64,000 nucleotides of DNA from an uncultured Candidatus Binatia bacterium (GCA_965215605.1 OZ244070.1:2528001-2592000); one strand, 5' to 3'. Shown: positions 27,934 to 38,001, counted from the first letter of the stretch. The notes: generated from the letters alone by a model not told the origin. Translations and numbers: made by a program.

Positions 27934-29484
27934 TTGGTCGTGTCCGAGTCCAAGTTCCAGATTCCCGGAGGCCAGGCCGGCCGGCAATGGCTGCGTGAGT
28001 TGAGCGCGCGGCATCGTCTTCACGAAGAGCCGCGCCGCAGGGGCGAGTCCGTGTATTTCGACACCTTCGACGGCAGGCTCGCCGCGGGGTCGCGGGCCTT
28101 GTGGGTCTCCGAGGGGACCCTGTGTCTGGAACGCCCGGACCGTCCGGGTGAGCCGATCCGGATGGCGCTCGATGGGTCTCCCGTATCCGCGGACAGCCTG
28201 CCGCCCGGCGAGCTGAGGGATGGGCTTGCGCCGCTGACCAGGAACCGGGCGCTGCTGAAGCTCTTCTCGGTTCGTTCGGAGGTTCGGAGCTGGCGCAAGT
28301 GGAATGACGACCGGAAGACCGTCGTGCGCGTCTCGTCGAGCAACGACGAGGTCTCGGACGGGGAACGGAGAGCGCGGCTGAACCCCGTTGTCGTGGTGCG
28401 GCGGGTCCGGGGCTACGGGAAGGCCTTTCGGGAAGTCTGCGACTGGTGCGCCAAACGGGCCGTGCTGGTGGACCCGGGCTCCCGCTATCGGCAGGCGCTC
28501 GAGGCCCTCGGGATCGACCCCGGGCGCGGGGCGTCCCTGGGCAGGCTGGAGATCAGCGCCGCCATGACGGCCGCGGAAGGGGTCCGGGCCATGCTGGGGG
28601 CGCAATACCGGGTGGCGCGGGGCAACGAGGAAGGCATCCGCGGTGACGCGGACACGGAGTTCCTGCACGACTTCCGGGTGGCGGTGCGGCGCGCCCGGTC
28701 GTTTCTGGGGCAGCTCCGGAACGCCTTCGCGCCGAAGCCCGCCACGGCGCTGCGGAAGAGCCTGTCATGGCTGGGCAGGTCCACCAACGCCTTGAGGGAT
28801 CTGGACGTGTACCTCGAACAGCAACCGGCCTACCGGGACATGCTCATGGAACCTCTGGCCGGAGACCTCGCGCCGCTGTTCGAATTCGCCGGGCGGCGGC
28901 GGCAGGCCGCGTTCCGGGAGTTCGTGGCGGTGATGGGTTCGGATGCCTACGGCGACACCCTGCGCCGGTGGCGGGCATGCGCCGGCGACGAAGGGGCGTT
29001 GGGCGTGGGCAGCCGTGGTTCCGAGCCGGTGCTGCGTCTGGCCGGGTCCCGGGTGGCGAGGCAGTGCCGGGCGGTCCTGGAGCAGGGCTACGGGCTCCGG
29101 GAACATGCCGGCCCCGATGACCTCCATTCCCTGCGCATCGAGTGCAAGCAGCTTCGTTACCTCATGGAGGCGGTGGCGGAGCCCATGCCCGACACCGGCG
29201 TCGTCGTGCAGCGGCTGAAGAAGCTCCAGGACGCGCTGGGGCGGATCCAGGACCTCTCCGTGCACGAGGCCCGGACGCAGGACTTCGCCCGCGCCATGTC
29301 CCGTGCCGGGAACCGGCAGGTAATGGCGGCCGTCGAGGTGTTGGTGTCGCGGATGCGCGTGGAAAGAGAGCTGGCCTGCGCCAAGGTCCCCGGGTTGTTT
29401 GAACAGTTCAGCCGGAGCCTGCGTGAGACGGAGCCGCCGTACGCGTTGCTGCTGCCCTGGCTTCCGCGAATCCAGTCCGGCTAA
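27934..29484 (+). CDS. CHAD-domain polyphosphate-binding protein with degenerate CYTH-like N-terminus
   Basis: YFDTFDGRL; EFLHDFRVAVRRARS, RDLDV, LHSLRIECKQLRY, LQDALG..QD. Confidence 0.88.
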   Translation: MVVSESKFQIPGGQAGRQWLRELSARHRLHEEPRRRGESVYFDTFDGRLAAGSRALWVSEGTLCLERPDRPGEPIRMALDGSPVSADSLPPGELRDGLAPLTRNRALLKLFSVRSEVRSWRKWNDDRKTVVRVSSSNDEVSDGERRARLNPVVVVRRVRGYGKAFREVCDWCAKRAVLVDPGSRYRQALEALGIDPGRGASLGRLEISAAMTAAEGVRAMLGAQYRVARGNEEGIRGDADTEFLHDFRVAVRRARSFLGQLRNAFAPKPATALRKSLSWLGRSTNALRDLDVYLEQQPAYRDMLMEPLAGDLAPLFEFAGRRRQAAFREFVAVMGSDAYGDTLRRWRACAGDEGALGVGSRGSEPVLRLAGSRVARQCRAVLEQGYGLREHAGPDDLHSLRIECKQLRYLMEAVAEPMPDTGVVVQRLKKLQDALGRIQDLSVHEARTQDFARAMSRAGNRQVMAAVEVLVSRMRVERELACAKVPGLFEQFSRSLRETEPPYALLLPWLPRIQSG

Positions 29485-30230
29485 CGTTCCGGGAACATGG
29501 CGGCGCCGATGATCCCGGCCGCGTTGCCGAGGCGCGCGGCTTCCAGCCGGCAGCCCACGTCCTTGAGATAGGGGAAGAACTTTTCGGGCTTCTTGCTGAC
29601 GCCTCCGCCGACGATGAACAGGTCGACGCCCAGCAGGTACTCCACGTGCACCAGGTATTCGTTCAGCCGGGCGCCCCACTTCTTCCAGCTCAGGCCTTTG
29701 CTTGCCCGGACGCTGGCGGCGGCGCGCTTCTCCGCTGCCTTGCCGCCCATTTCGAGGTGCCCCAACTCGGTGTCGGGCAACAGGACGCCGTCCCGGAAGA
29801 CGGCCGAGCCGATACCCGTTCCCAGCGTGATCACCATTACCGTCCCGGCGACGCCCCGGCCGGCGCCGAACTTGAACTCGGCCAGTCCCGCGGCGTCGGC
29901 ATCGTTGCCGATGGCCACCCGGGGCGCTTCCAACTCGGCCTGGAGGCGGCCGGCCAAGTCATAGCCGATCCAGGACGGGTCGAGGTTCGGCGCCCGCTGG
30001 ACCGAGCCGCTCTTGACCAGTCCCGGGAAGCCGCATCCTGCCGGCCCCTGCCACCCGAGTTGCCGCTGGAGCTCCTTGATGGCCGCCATGACGGCCGCCG
30101 GCGTCGCCGGCTGGGGGGTCGGCAGCCGTACCCGTTCGGTCGTCATCTCTCCGCTCCGCGTGTCCACCAGCGCCGCCTTGACCCCGGTGCCGCCGATGTC
30201 GATGCCCATGACCCGGTTTTCCTCGCTCAT
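29481..30230 (-). CDS. ppgK: Polyphosphate glucokinase (ROK family)
   Basis: GIDIGGTGVK, PTPQPATP, NDADAAG, TLGTGIGS, TELGH, SWKKW, GGGVSK. Confidence 0.88.
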   Translation of the reverse strand: MSEENRVMGIDIGGTGVKAALVDTRSGEMTTERVRLPTPQPATPAAVMAAIKELQRQLGWQGPAGCGFPGLVKSGSVQRAPNLDPSWIGYDLAGRLQAELEAPRVAIGNDADAAGLAEFKFGAGRGVAGTVMVITLGTGIGSAVFRDGVLLPDTELGHLEMGGKAAEKRAAASVRASKGLSWKKWGARLNEYLVHVEYLLGVDLFIVGGGVSKKPEKFFPYLKDVGCRLEAARLGNAAGIIGAAMFPER

Positions 30231-30368
30231 GCTCTCCTCGTTGCCGTACCTGGTAGCCGCCCGTACGGGCTGCCGCGGCTATTCACGGAGCCGGTAATCG
30301 TCTATCATCATTGAAGCTCACGTGGAATTCAACACCCGGCCGGGCACGGGTTCCCGTCTGGAAGCGGC

Positions 30369-32348
30369 ATGCTCAACGTCCTCACGAGTCTCGTGGCCGT
30401 CCTGGCCGTTACGGTGGCCACGGTCTTTGCCTTCCACAAGCTGAGGCTCCCCACGGTCATCGGCTTCCTGGCGGTGGGTGTGGCCATGGGTCCCCACGGC
30501 CTCAGCGTCATCGGTCACGGCGCCGAGCTGGAGATCCTGGCGGAGATCGGCATCGTGCTGCTGCTGTTCTCCATCGGCCTCGAATTCTCCTTCGAGCGGT
30601 TCCTGGAGGTCAAGAGGCTCGTCATCACCGGCGGGCTGCTGCAGGTGTTCCTCACCGCCCTGGTCGTGACCGCGGCCGGCGTCCATCTGGGATTTCCGCT
30701 GCGCATCAGCTTCTTCTTCGGCATGCTCGCGTCTCTCAGCAGCACCGCCATCGTGCTCAAGATCCTGAGCGACCGCGACGAGCTGTCGGCTCTTCACGGG
30801 CGGCTCGCGGTGGGCACGCTGCTGCTCCAGGACATCATCGCGGTGCCCATGATGCTGTCGGTGCCGGTGCTGGGGGAGACCGACGCGTTTTCCTTCCAGG
30901 TGGTCGCTCTCACGCTGGGAAAAGCGGTGCTGGCCGTGGCGCTGATCTTCATCGCGGCGCGCTTCGTCGTGCCGTGGTTGCTTCATCAGGTGGCGCGGCT
31001 GCGAAACCAGGAGATCTTCGTCCTGTTCGTGCTGCTCATCTGTCTCGGCACCGCCTGGCTGGCGTTCCAGTCCGGGATCTCCCTGGCTTTGGGCGCGTTC
31101 GTGGCCGGTCTCCTGATATCCGATTCGGAGTACAGCCACCAGGTGATTGCCGACATCCATCCGCTGAGGGACAGTTTCGCCGGCATCTTTTTCATCTCCA
31201 TCGGCATGCAGGTGGAAATCGGCTTCGTTGGCGAGGACCTGACCCTGGTCGTCGGCGCATGGCTGCTGCTTGTGCTCATCAAGGGCGGTCTGATCACGGC
31301 CATCTTCTCGTTCCTGCAGCGTTCGTTCCGGCTCGGGCTGCTGTTGGGCCTGGCGCTGGCCCAGGTGGGCGAGTTCTCGCTGATCCTGGCCCGTATGGGC
31401 GGGGCGTTCGATCTCCTCTCACCCGACCAGGAGCAGCTCTTTCTCGCCACCTCGATCCTCAGCATGCTGGCGACCCCTCTGCTGATCCTGGCCGGGGGGC
31501 GGCTGGGCTTCGCGCTGCACCGCGGCGACGGGGCCGAAGGGCCGTCCGCCGGCGACATCACCGGGCATGTCCTCATCGTGGGCTACGGGCTCAACGGACA
31601 GAATCTCGCCCGGGTGCTGCGCGAGGTGGACGTCCCGCACCGGATCCTGGACCTCAACCCTCAGGTGGCGCAGCGGGTGCGGGACGCGGGTGAAGCGATC
31701 CACTTCGGCGATGCCACCCGCCCGTCGGTGCTGGCGGGAATGGGGGTGGCGCGGGCGCGCGTGCTGGTGGTGGCCATCAGCGACCCCACGGCGACCTCGC
31801 GGATCGTCTGGCACGCGCGCCGGTTGAACCCCGACATCTACATCCTCGTGCGGACGCGATACGTGGCGGAGATCCCGCGCCTGACGCGCCTCGGCGCCAA
31901 CGAGGTCATACCGGAGGAATTCGAGACATCGGTGGAGATCTTCGCGCGGGTGCTGCAGGAGTACCACGTGCCACGCAACGTCATCACCCTGCAGGTGGAG
32001 TTGGTGCGCCGGGAAGGCTACAGCATGCTGCGCGGCCTGAGGCTGGAAGGCAAGAGCCTGGCGCGGTTCAGCCAGTTTCTCACCGGGGCCACCGCCGACA
32101 CCTTGCTGGTGCAACCGGATGCGCCGGGAGCGGACTACACCATCGGCGAGTTGAAGGAACACTTCCAGGGCCGCACGAGCGTCCTGGCGCTGGTCCGGGA
32201 GGGAGTCTCGGTGGAGAGCCCGCCCATGGACTACCAACTGAGGCCGGACGACATCCTCGTGCTGCTCGGCAGCCACGCCGACCTCGACCGGGCCGTCCAA
32301 CTCCTCACCGCGCCGGAGGAGCCGGACACCGAGTTGCCCGAGCCCTGA
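30369..32348 (+). CDS. CPA2 cation:proton antiporter (KefC-like) with TrkA-N and TrkA-C domains
   Basis: LFSIGLE, LSSTA, LQD, LAQVGEF, GYGLNG, FGDAT. Confidence 0.9.
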   Translation: MLNVLTSLVAVLAVTVATVFAFHKLRLPTVIGFLAVGVAMGPHGLSVIGHGAELEILAEIGIVLLLFSIGLEFSFERFLEVKRLVITGGLLQVFLTALVVTAAGVHLGFPLRISFFFGMLASLSSTAIVLKILSDRDELSALHGRLAVGTLLLQDIIAVPMMLSVPVLGETDAFSFQVVALTLGKAVLAVALIFIAARFVVPWLLHQVARLRNQEIFVLFVLLICLGTAWLAFQSGISLALGAFVAGLLISDSEYSHQVIADIHPLRDSFAGIFFISIGMQVEIGFVGEDLTLVVGAWLLLVLIKGGLITAIFSFLQRSFRLGLLLGLALAQVGEFSLILARMGGAFDLLSPDQEQLFLATSILSMLATPLLILAGGRLGFALHRGDGAEGPSAGDITGHVLIVGYGLNGQNLARVLREVDVPHRILDLNPQVAQRVRDAGEAIHFGDATRPSVLAGMGVARARVLVVAISDPTATSRIVWHARRLNPDIYILVRTRYVAEIPRLTRLGANEVIPEEFETSVEIFARVLQEYHVPRNVITLQVELVRREGYSMLRGLRLEGKSLARFSQFLTGATADTLLVQPDAPGADYTIGELKEHFQGRTSVLALVREGVSVESPPMDYQLRPDDILVLLGSHADLDRAVQLLTAPEEPDTELPEP

Positions 32349-32365
32349 CGGAGCGGACGGAACGC

Positions 32366-32402
32366 CGTGACGGGGGAGCGGCGGCAGGGCTCCCCCGTCA
32401 CG
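32366..32402. terminator. Hairpin between convergent kefC-like and glnA genes
   Basis: cgtgacgggggagc / gctcccccgtcacg 14-bp stem. Confidence 0.65.
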
Positions 32403-32414
32403 ATTTCTAGATGT

Positions 32415-33830
32415 CTAGATGTCGTAGTAGAGGGCGAACTCGTAGGGATGGGGCCTCAGCTTCATGGGCTCCACCTCCGCCCCGCGCTTGTAGTCCAGCC
32501 ACGCCGTGATGACGTCCTTGGTGAAGACGTCGCCCTTGGTGAGGAAGGCATTGTCCCGTTCCAGGGCGTCCAGCGACTCCTCGAGGCTGCCGGGCAGCGA
32601 CTCCACCTGGGCGGCTTCCTCAGGCGCGAGGTCGTAGAGGTTCTTGTCCAGCGGCTTGGGCGGCTCGACCTTGTTGGCGACGCCGTCGAGCCCCGCCATC
32701 AGCATGGCCGAGAAGGCATAGTAGGGGTTGCAGCTCGGGTCCGGGCTGCGGAACTCCAGGCGTCTGGCCTTCTCGCTCGTGGAGTAGGTCGGGATCCGCA
32801 CCGCCGCGCTCCGGTTGCGCTGGGAATACATCAGGTTGATGGGCGCCTCGTAGCCCGGCACCAGCCGGCGGTAGGAGTTGGTGGTGGGCGCGATGAACGC
32901 GCACAGGGCCGCCGCGTGCTTCAGCAGCCCGCCGATGTAGTAACGCGCGGTGTCGCTCAGCAACGCGTAGTTCTTGGCGTTGTAGAACACGTTCTTCTTG
33001 TTCTTCCAGAGGCTCTGGTGAGTGTGCATGCCCGAGCCGTTGTCCTGGAAGATCGGCTTCGGCATCATCGTGACGCTCTTGCCGTTGCGCATCCCCACGT
33101 TCTTGACGATGTACTTGTACTTGAGCACTTGGTCGGCCATGGCCGTCAGGGTGCCGAAGCGCATGTCGATCTCCGACTGGCCCGCGGTTCCCACCTCGTG
33201 GTGATGGACCTCGCAGATGATGCCGCAGGACTCCAGCGTCTTGACCATCTCGGACCGGAGGTCCTGCAGACTGTCCATGGGCGGCACCGGGAAGTAGCCT
33301 TCCTTGTAGCGCGGCTTGTAGCCGAGGTTCTTCTTGTCGCCGTTGCCCGAGTTCCAGGCGCCCTCGTCGGAGTCGATGTAGTAGAAGCCGTAGTTGTAGC
33401 TCTGGTCGAAGCGGACGTTGTCGAGGATGTAGAACTCGATCTCCGGGCCCCAGTAGCTGGTGTCCGCGATGCCGGTGGACTTGAGGTACAACTCCGCCTT
33501 CTGCGCCACGTAACGCGGGTCCCGTGTGTAGGGCTGGCCGGTCAGCGGATCCTTGATGTTGCACACCAGGTTCAGCGTGGGCAGCGACGTGAAGGGATCC
33601 ATGAAGGCGGTGTCGGGATCCGGGAACAGCAGCATGTCCGACTCGTCGATGGTCTGGAAGCCGCGGATGCTGGAACCGTCGAACCCGATGCCGTTCTGGA
33701 ACAGGCCGGTGTCGAACTCGTTGGTGGAGATGGAGAAATGCTGCCACAGGCCGGGCAGGTCGGTAAACCGCAGGTCCACGATCTCCGCGCCGTTCTTCTT
33801 GGCAAAATCGATGACTTGTCTGGGTGTCAT
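32415..33830 (-). CDS. glnA: Glutamine synthetase type I (GSI-beta)
   Basis: FDGSSI, HHHEV, MPKP, NGSGMH, RNRS, and the NLYDL adenylylation site. Confidence 0.97.
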   Translation of the reverse strand: MTPRQVIDFAKKNGAEIVDLRFTDLPGLWQHFSISTNEFDTGLFQNGIGFDGSSIRGFQTIDESDMLLFPDPDTAFMDPFTSLPTLNLVCNIKDPLTGQPYTRDPRYVAQKAELYLKSTGIADTSYWGPEIEFYILDNVRFDQSYNYGFYYIDSDEGAWNSGNGDKKNLGYKPRYKEGYFPVPPMDSLQDLRSEMVKTLESCGIICEVHHHEVGTAGQSEIDMRFGTLTAMADQVLKYKYIVKNVGMRNGKSVTMMPKPIFQDNGSGMHTHQSLWKNKKNVFYNAKNYALLSDTARYYIGGLLKHAAALCAFIAPTTNSYRRLVPGYEAPINLMYSQRNRSAAVRIPTYSTSEKARRLEFRSPDPSCNPYYAFSAMLMAGLDGVANKVEPPKPLDKNLYDLAPEEAAQVESLPGSLEESLDALERDNAFLTKGDVFTKDVITAWLDYKRGAEVEPMKLRPHPYEFALYYDI

Positions 33831-33913
33831 GGCGTCTTTCCTTTCAAGCTGGGATAGTGGGATGATGTCCGGCACGGTGCTCGGGCCGGATAGCTATCGA
33901 CAGGGCAAGGATA

Positions 33914-33930
33914 AGCAACCTTCGTGCCAA
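33914..33930 (-). promoter_or_regulatory. sigma54 -24/-12 promoter of glnA
   Basis: TTGGCACGAAGGTTGCT on the minus strand. Confidence 0.85.
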
Positions 33931-34016
33931 GACGAGCCGGGAGGTTCGAAGTCCTGTCTTTCAACCGGATTGCGGACCGATGGAGAACCGTCCGGTGCTT
34001 CCGCCGGCAGTCTCGT

Positions 34017-34033
34017 TGCACAAATCTTGTTCA
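34017..34033. promoter_or_regulatory. NtrC-like enhancer site
   Basis: TGCAC-N7-GTTCA about 90 bp upstream of the sigma54 site. Confidence 0.55.
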
Positions 34034-34067
34034 GCGCCGCTTAAGGATTAGGCACTCGGACAGGCTT

Positions 34068-35786
34068 TCAGGGTCCGGGCGGCCGGGATGACTTCCTGGA
34101 ACCCTTGAAGCCCAAGCTGAGGCAGATCACGGGGGCCAGACCCGCGGCCACGATGGCCAGCGCGGCCAGCGCGGCCTGCTCGAACGCCTCGTAGGAGGCG
34201 TATTCGTAGACGTGCGTCGCCAGCGTGTCGAAGTTGAAGGGACGCAGGATCAAGGTCATGGGGAGCTCTTTCATCGCGTCCACGAAAACCAGCGTCGCCC
34301 CGGTGATCAGGCTGCCGCGCAGCAGGGGGAAGTGGATACGGGCCAGCACCCCTCCCGGGCGGCGTCCCAGGGAGCGGGCCGCTGCGTCCATGTTGGGGGT
34401 GATCTTGGTCAGGCCGGCCTCCAGGGAGCCGAACGAGAGGGCCAGAAAGCGAACCGTACAGGCGAAGATCAGCGCGTAAAGCGTCCCGGTGAAGAGCAAT
34501 CCCGTAGGAGCGTTGAAACGGGTCCGCATGAAGTCGTCGATGGAATTGTCCAGCGCCGCCGCGGGTGTCAGCACCCCCACCGCCAGCACCACTCCGGGAA
34601 TGCAGTAGCCGATGCTCGCCACGCGGGTGGCGGCGTTGACCAGCGGCGTCCCCGACAGGCGCGCGCCGTACGCCAGAAACAGACCGCCGCACAGGCAAAC
34701 CAGGGCGGCCATGCCGGCCACGGCGATACTGTTCACGGCCAGGCCCAGGGTGCTGACACCCACCACGGTCTCCGTGCTTCCCACGGCCGAGGCGGCCATG
34801 AGCATTGCGGGGACGGCGAAACCCAGCGCCACGGGGGTGCCGCAGGCCAACAGCGCCAGCGCGCCGCGGACGCCGTCGAGGCTCGCCAGGGGCTGGCGCC
34901 TCGGCGCACCGTGGCTGAACTGGTACCGCCGCCGGCCGCGCGCAATGCGTTCCAGCGCGGCCATGACCAGCACCAGCGCCAGCACCATGGATGCCAGTTG
35001 AGCCGCCGCCGGCGGGTTGTTCATGCCGAACCAGACGCGGTAGACGCCCACGGTCAGGGTTTGTACCGCGAAATAGTCTACGGTGCCGAAGTCGTTGAGC
35101 GTCTCCATCAACGCCAGCAGCACACCCACCGCAATGGCCGGCCGGGCCAGCGGCAGGGCTACCCTCGCGAAGCAGCCCCAGGTCCCCAGGCCGAGCCCGC
35201 GGGCGGCGTCCCACAGGTTCTGGGACTGCTCGATGAAAGCGGATCGGGCAAGCAGGTAGACGTATGGGTAGAGCACCAGTGACATGAAGACCACGGCGCC
35301 GCCCAGGGAGCGGACCTCGGGAAACCAGTAGTCCCGTGGACTCTGCCACCCGAAGACCTGACGCAATGCCGTCTGCACCGGACCGGCGAACTCCAGCACA
35401 TCCGTGTACGTGTATGCGGCGATGTAGGCGGGCACGGCCAAGGGCAGCAACAGCGCCCACTGAAGCAGGCCTCGTCCGGGAAACCGGAACATGGTGATCA
35501 GCCAGGCCGTGCTGACGCCGATGATCAGCACGCCGGCGCCGACGCCGGTGATGAGCAGCAGAGTCTGGCCGATATAGGTGCCGAGGACGGTGGAGCTCAG
35601 ATGCGCCCACGCGTCACCGCTGTTTTCCAGGGCGATTCCCAGCACGGCGACGATAGGGCTGGTGAAAAGAGCCGCCAGCGCAAGGATTCCGACGGTCCAA
35701 CCGTCAACCCGGGGAAGTCGTGACAGGAAGGGGATGGCGGCGGTCCGCGCCGCCGCGGGCGCCGCGCTTGCGGGACCGGTCGGCAT
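34068..35786 (-). CDS. Fe3+ ABC transporter permease (FbpB/SfuB-like)
   Basis: FRFPGR, LPLAVPAY, YPYVYL, ARPA, MKELP..LRPFNF.TLA. Confidence 0.9.
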   Translation of the reverse strand: MPTGPASAAPAAARTAAIPFLSRLPRVDGWTVGILALAALFTSPIVAVLGIALENSGDAWAHLSSTVLGTYIGQTLLLITGVGAGVLIIGVSTAWLITMFRFPGRGLLQWALLLPLAVPAYIAAYTYTDVLEFAGPVQTALRQVFGWQSPRDYWFPEVRSLGGAVVFMSLVLYPYVYLLARSAFIEQSQNLWDAARGLGLGTWGCFARVALPLARPAIAVGVLLALMETLNDFGTVDYFAVQTLTVGVYRVWFGMNNPPAAAQLASMVLALVLVMAALERIARGRRRYQFSHGAPRRQPLASLDGVRGALALLACGTPVALGFAVPAMLMAASAVGSTETVVGVSTLGLAVNSIAVAGMAALVCLCGGLFLAYGARLSGTPLVNAATRVASIGYCIPGVVLAVGVLTPAAALDNSIDDFMRTRFNAPTGLLFTGTLYALIFACTVRFLALSFGSLEAGLTKITPNMDAAARSLGRRPGGVLARIHFPLLRGSLITGATLVFVDAMKELPMTLILRPFNFDTLATHVYEYASYEAFEQAALAALAIVAAGLAPVICLSLGFKGSRKSSRPPGP

Positions 35787-35851
35787 GACGCACGACCGTA
35801 GCACGGGAAGTCATGTTACTCAAACCAGAAATGTTTGACGGCAGAAACTTC

Positions 35852-37861
35852 TCAGGAACCACTAGCCGAACGCGCCTGCTTTGTCCCGCTCGCGGTCCTG
35901 TCGCGGATGCCGTGGGGTTCCGCCATGGGCGTATCGGTTTCTCCAGGGACGGCCTTCGCCGCTTCGGCGGTGTGCCGGTCCAGGTAGGTGCCGCCGGTGA
36001 GGACCCGGGTCATGATTCTCTCCAGGCGGGCGGAAGGAGACTCGGCCCGGGCCGGATCGGGTACGGCGCGGAGCTCCCCGGGAACATGGCTCTGCACCAA
36101 GTCGTTGAAACCCCAACGGTTCAGCATGTCGGCACAGGTGTCGGGCTCCCGCACGTCGAGAACCTGCACCACCCCGTCGCCGCCGGTTTCCACCGCGACC
36201 TCCGCCGGCCGGCCGAACAGGTTGTGGTCGCTGCTGAGGGCCTCCTGGTAGGCGCCCAGGAACAGGATCGCCAGCGTGTAGGCGTCGTCCCAGGGCAGCC
36301 CGTGGAGCTCGAAGGTGGAGCGAGGCTCGGCGGGGTGGGAGAACTTGTTGATCACCCCGTCCGAGTCGCAGGTCAGGTCCGCCAGGACCGCCTTGACGGC
36401 GGGTTTCTCCTTGAGCCGGCAGGTGGGCATGATGGGGAACAGCATGTCGAGGACCCAACTGTCCGGCAGCGACCTGAAGATGGAGAAGTTGAAGGCATGC
36501 AGCCGGGCGGCGATGCGTTCCAGGGCGGCCTTGTCCTCGCCGTCGAACCGTCCGTGGCGCGAGAAACGGCTCGCCAACTCGACGATCCGGGAAAACGCGG
36601 ATTCCGCCTGCGCCCGCTGCTTCAGGGAAAGGAACCCCAGGGAGAAGGCCGAGAGCATTTCGTCCTTCTTCTGGTAGGCGTCGTGGAGATACTCGCGCCA
36701 GTTCTTGCTGTTGATCTCCACCACCATGTCGTCGAGTTCGTTGACCGCGTCCACGTTGGAGGCCCGGGCTCGCGGCCGGCCGGGCTTGGGAGTGGTCCGC
36801 GGCTGCTCCAGCGGATCCACCAGCAGGGCCGCGTGGTGGGTCACCAGGAACCGGCCGGCTTCGGTGATGATCTCCGGCTCCGCGATGCGCGCCCGGTCCA
36901 GCACTTCCTTGGTGGTGTAGATGATGTCGTTGGCGTACTCCTGGACATTGTAGTTCACGCTGGAGTCCGCCGAGCTGTTGCTGCCGTCGTAGTCCACCCC
37001 GAGTCCGCCGCCCACGTCCAGGGTGTCCAATGGCACCCCCAACTCCTTGAGCTCGACGTAGAATCGGAGCGCCTCCTGCAGCGCCTGCTTGAAGTTCCGG
37101 ATGTTGGTGATCTGGGAGCCGAGATGGAAGTGGAGCAGTCGCAGGCGGTCCAGCAGCTTGCATTCCTTCAGCAGCCGGGTGGCATCCAGCAGGTCGGAGG
37201 CGGTGAGGCCGAACTTGGACAGGTCCCCGGACGACTCCTCCCAGCGGCCCATGCCGCTGGCGTTGAGCTTCACCCGCGCGCCGAGCCTCGGGCACGGCAG
37301 ACCCTTGGCCCGAAGCTCGCCGATGAGCTCGTACTCGCGCGGGCGCTCGAACACCACCACGACGTTGTAGCCGGCCTCGCTGGCGGCCGCCGCCAGTTCG
37401 ATGTAGGCGGTGTCCTTGTAGCCGTTGCAGATGATCGGGCCGCGGCTGTTGCCGAGCATGGACAAGGCGATGCACAATTCCGCCTTGGTGCCGACCTCGA
37501 GGCCGACCCCGTACCGGCGGCCGGTTTCGCAGATCCGCGCCACCGTCGCCCGGCGGCTGTTGACCTTGAGCGGATACGCGCAGGTGTAGGCGCCGCGATA
37601 GTTGAAGGTCTCGGTGGCTGTCCTGAATGCGCGGTGAAGGGCCTCGAGCTGGCGGTCGATGAGCTGCGGAAAGCGGACCAGCACCGGCGGCCGTACGCCT
37701 CTTTGCTGCAGCAGGATCACGAGCTCGTGCAGGTCGACGGTGTGGCGCGTCGGGGCATCCGTTATGATCTCGAGATGCCCCGCGTCGTTGACGTTGACGA
37801 ACCCCTCACCCCAGGACCGCCATGCAAACGGCTCCCCGGCTCCCAATGCCAGCTTTTTCAT
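35852..37861 (-). CDS. speA: Biosynthetic arginine decarboxylase
   Basis: YPLKVN (PLP Lys), CNGYKD, HFHLGSQ, DVGGGLGVDYDG, DLTCDSDG, GAYQE. Confidence 0.92.
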   Translation of the reverse strand: MKKLALGAGEPFAWRSWGEGFVNVNDAGHLEIITDAPTRHTVDLHELVILLQQRGVRPPVLVRFPQLIDRQLEALHRAFRTATETFNYRGAYTCAYPLKVNSRRATVARICETGRRYGVGLEVGTKAELCIALSMLGNSRGPIICNGYKDTAYIELAAAASEAGYNVVVVFERPREYELIGELRAKGLPCPRLGARVKLNASGMGRWEESSGDLSKFGLTASDLLDATRLLKECKLLDRLRLLHFHLGSQITNIRNFKQALQEALRFYVELKELGVPLDTLDVGGGLGVDYDGSNSSADSSVNYNVQEYANDIIYTTKEVLDRARIAEPEIITEAGRFLVTHHAALLVDPLEQPRTTPKPGRPRARASNVDAVNELDDMVVEINSKNWREYLHDAYQKKDEMLSAFSLGFLSLKQRAQAESAFSRIVELASRFSRHGRFDGEDKAALERIAARLHAFNFSIFRSLPDSWVLDMLFPIMPTCRLKEKPAVKAVLADLTCDSDGVINKFSHPAEPRSTFELHGLPWDDAYTLAILFLGAYQEALSSDHNLFGRPAEVAVETGGDGVVQVLDVREPDTCADMLNRWGFNDLVQSHVPGELRAVPDPARAESPSARLERIMTRVLTGGTYLDRHTAEAAKAVPGETDTPMAEPHGIRDRTASGTKQARSASGS

Positions 37862-38001
37862 CTTCCCGGCCTTCCCTCCTTGTCCTCGCCCGCCCCGCGC
37901 TTCATCCTACGCAAACAAGCCGCTCCCCTCCATCCGGGATGCGGCCCTCCAGTATCCTAGCATAGTTCGAGACGACTTGCGGACCCGGAAGATGGTCGCC
38001 T

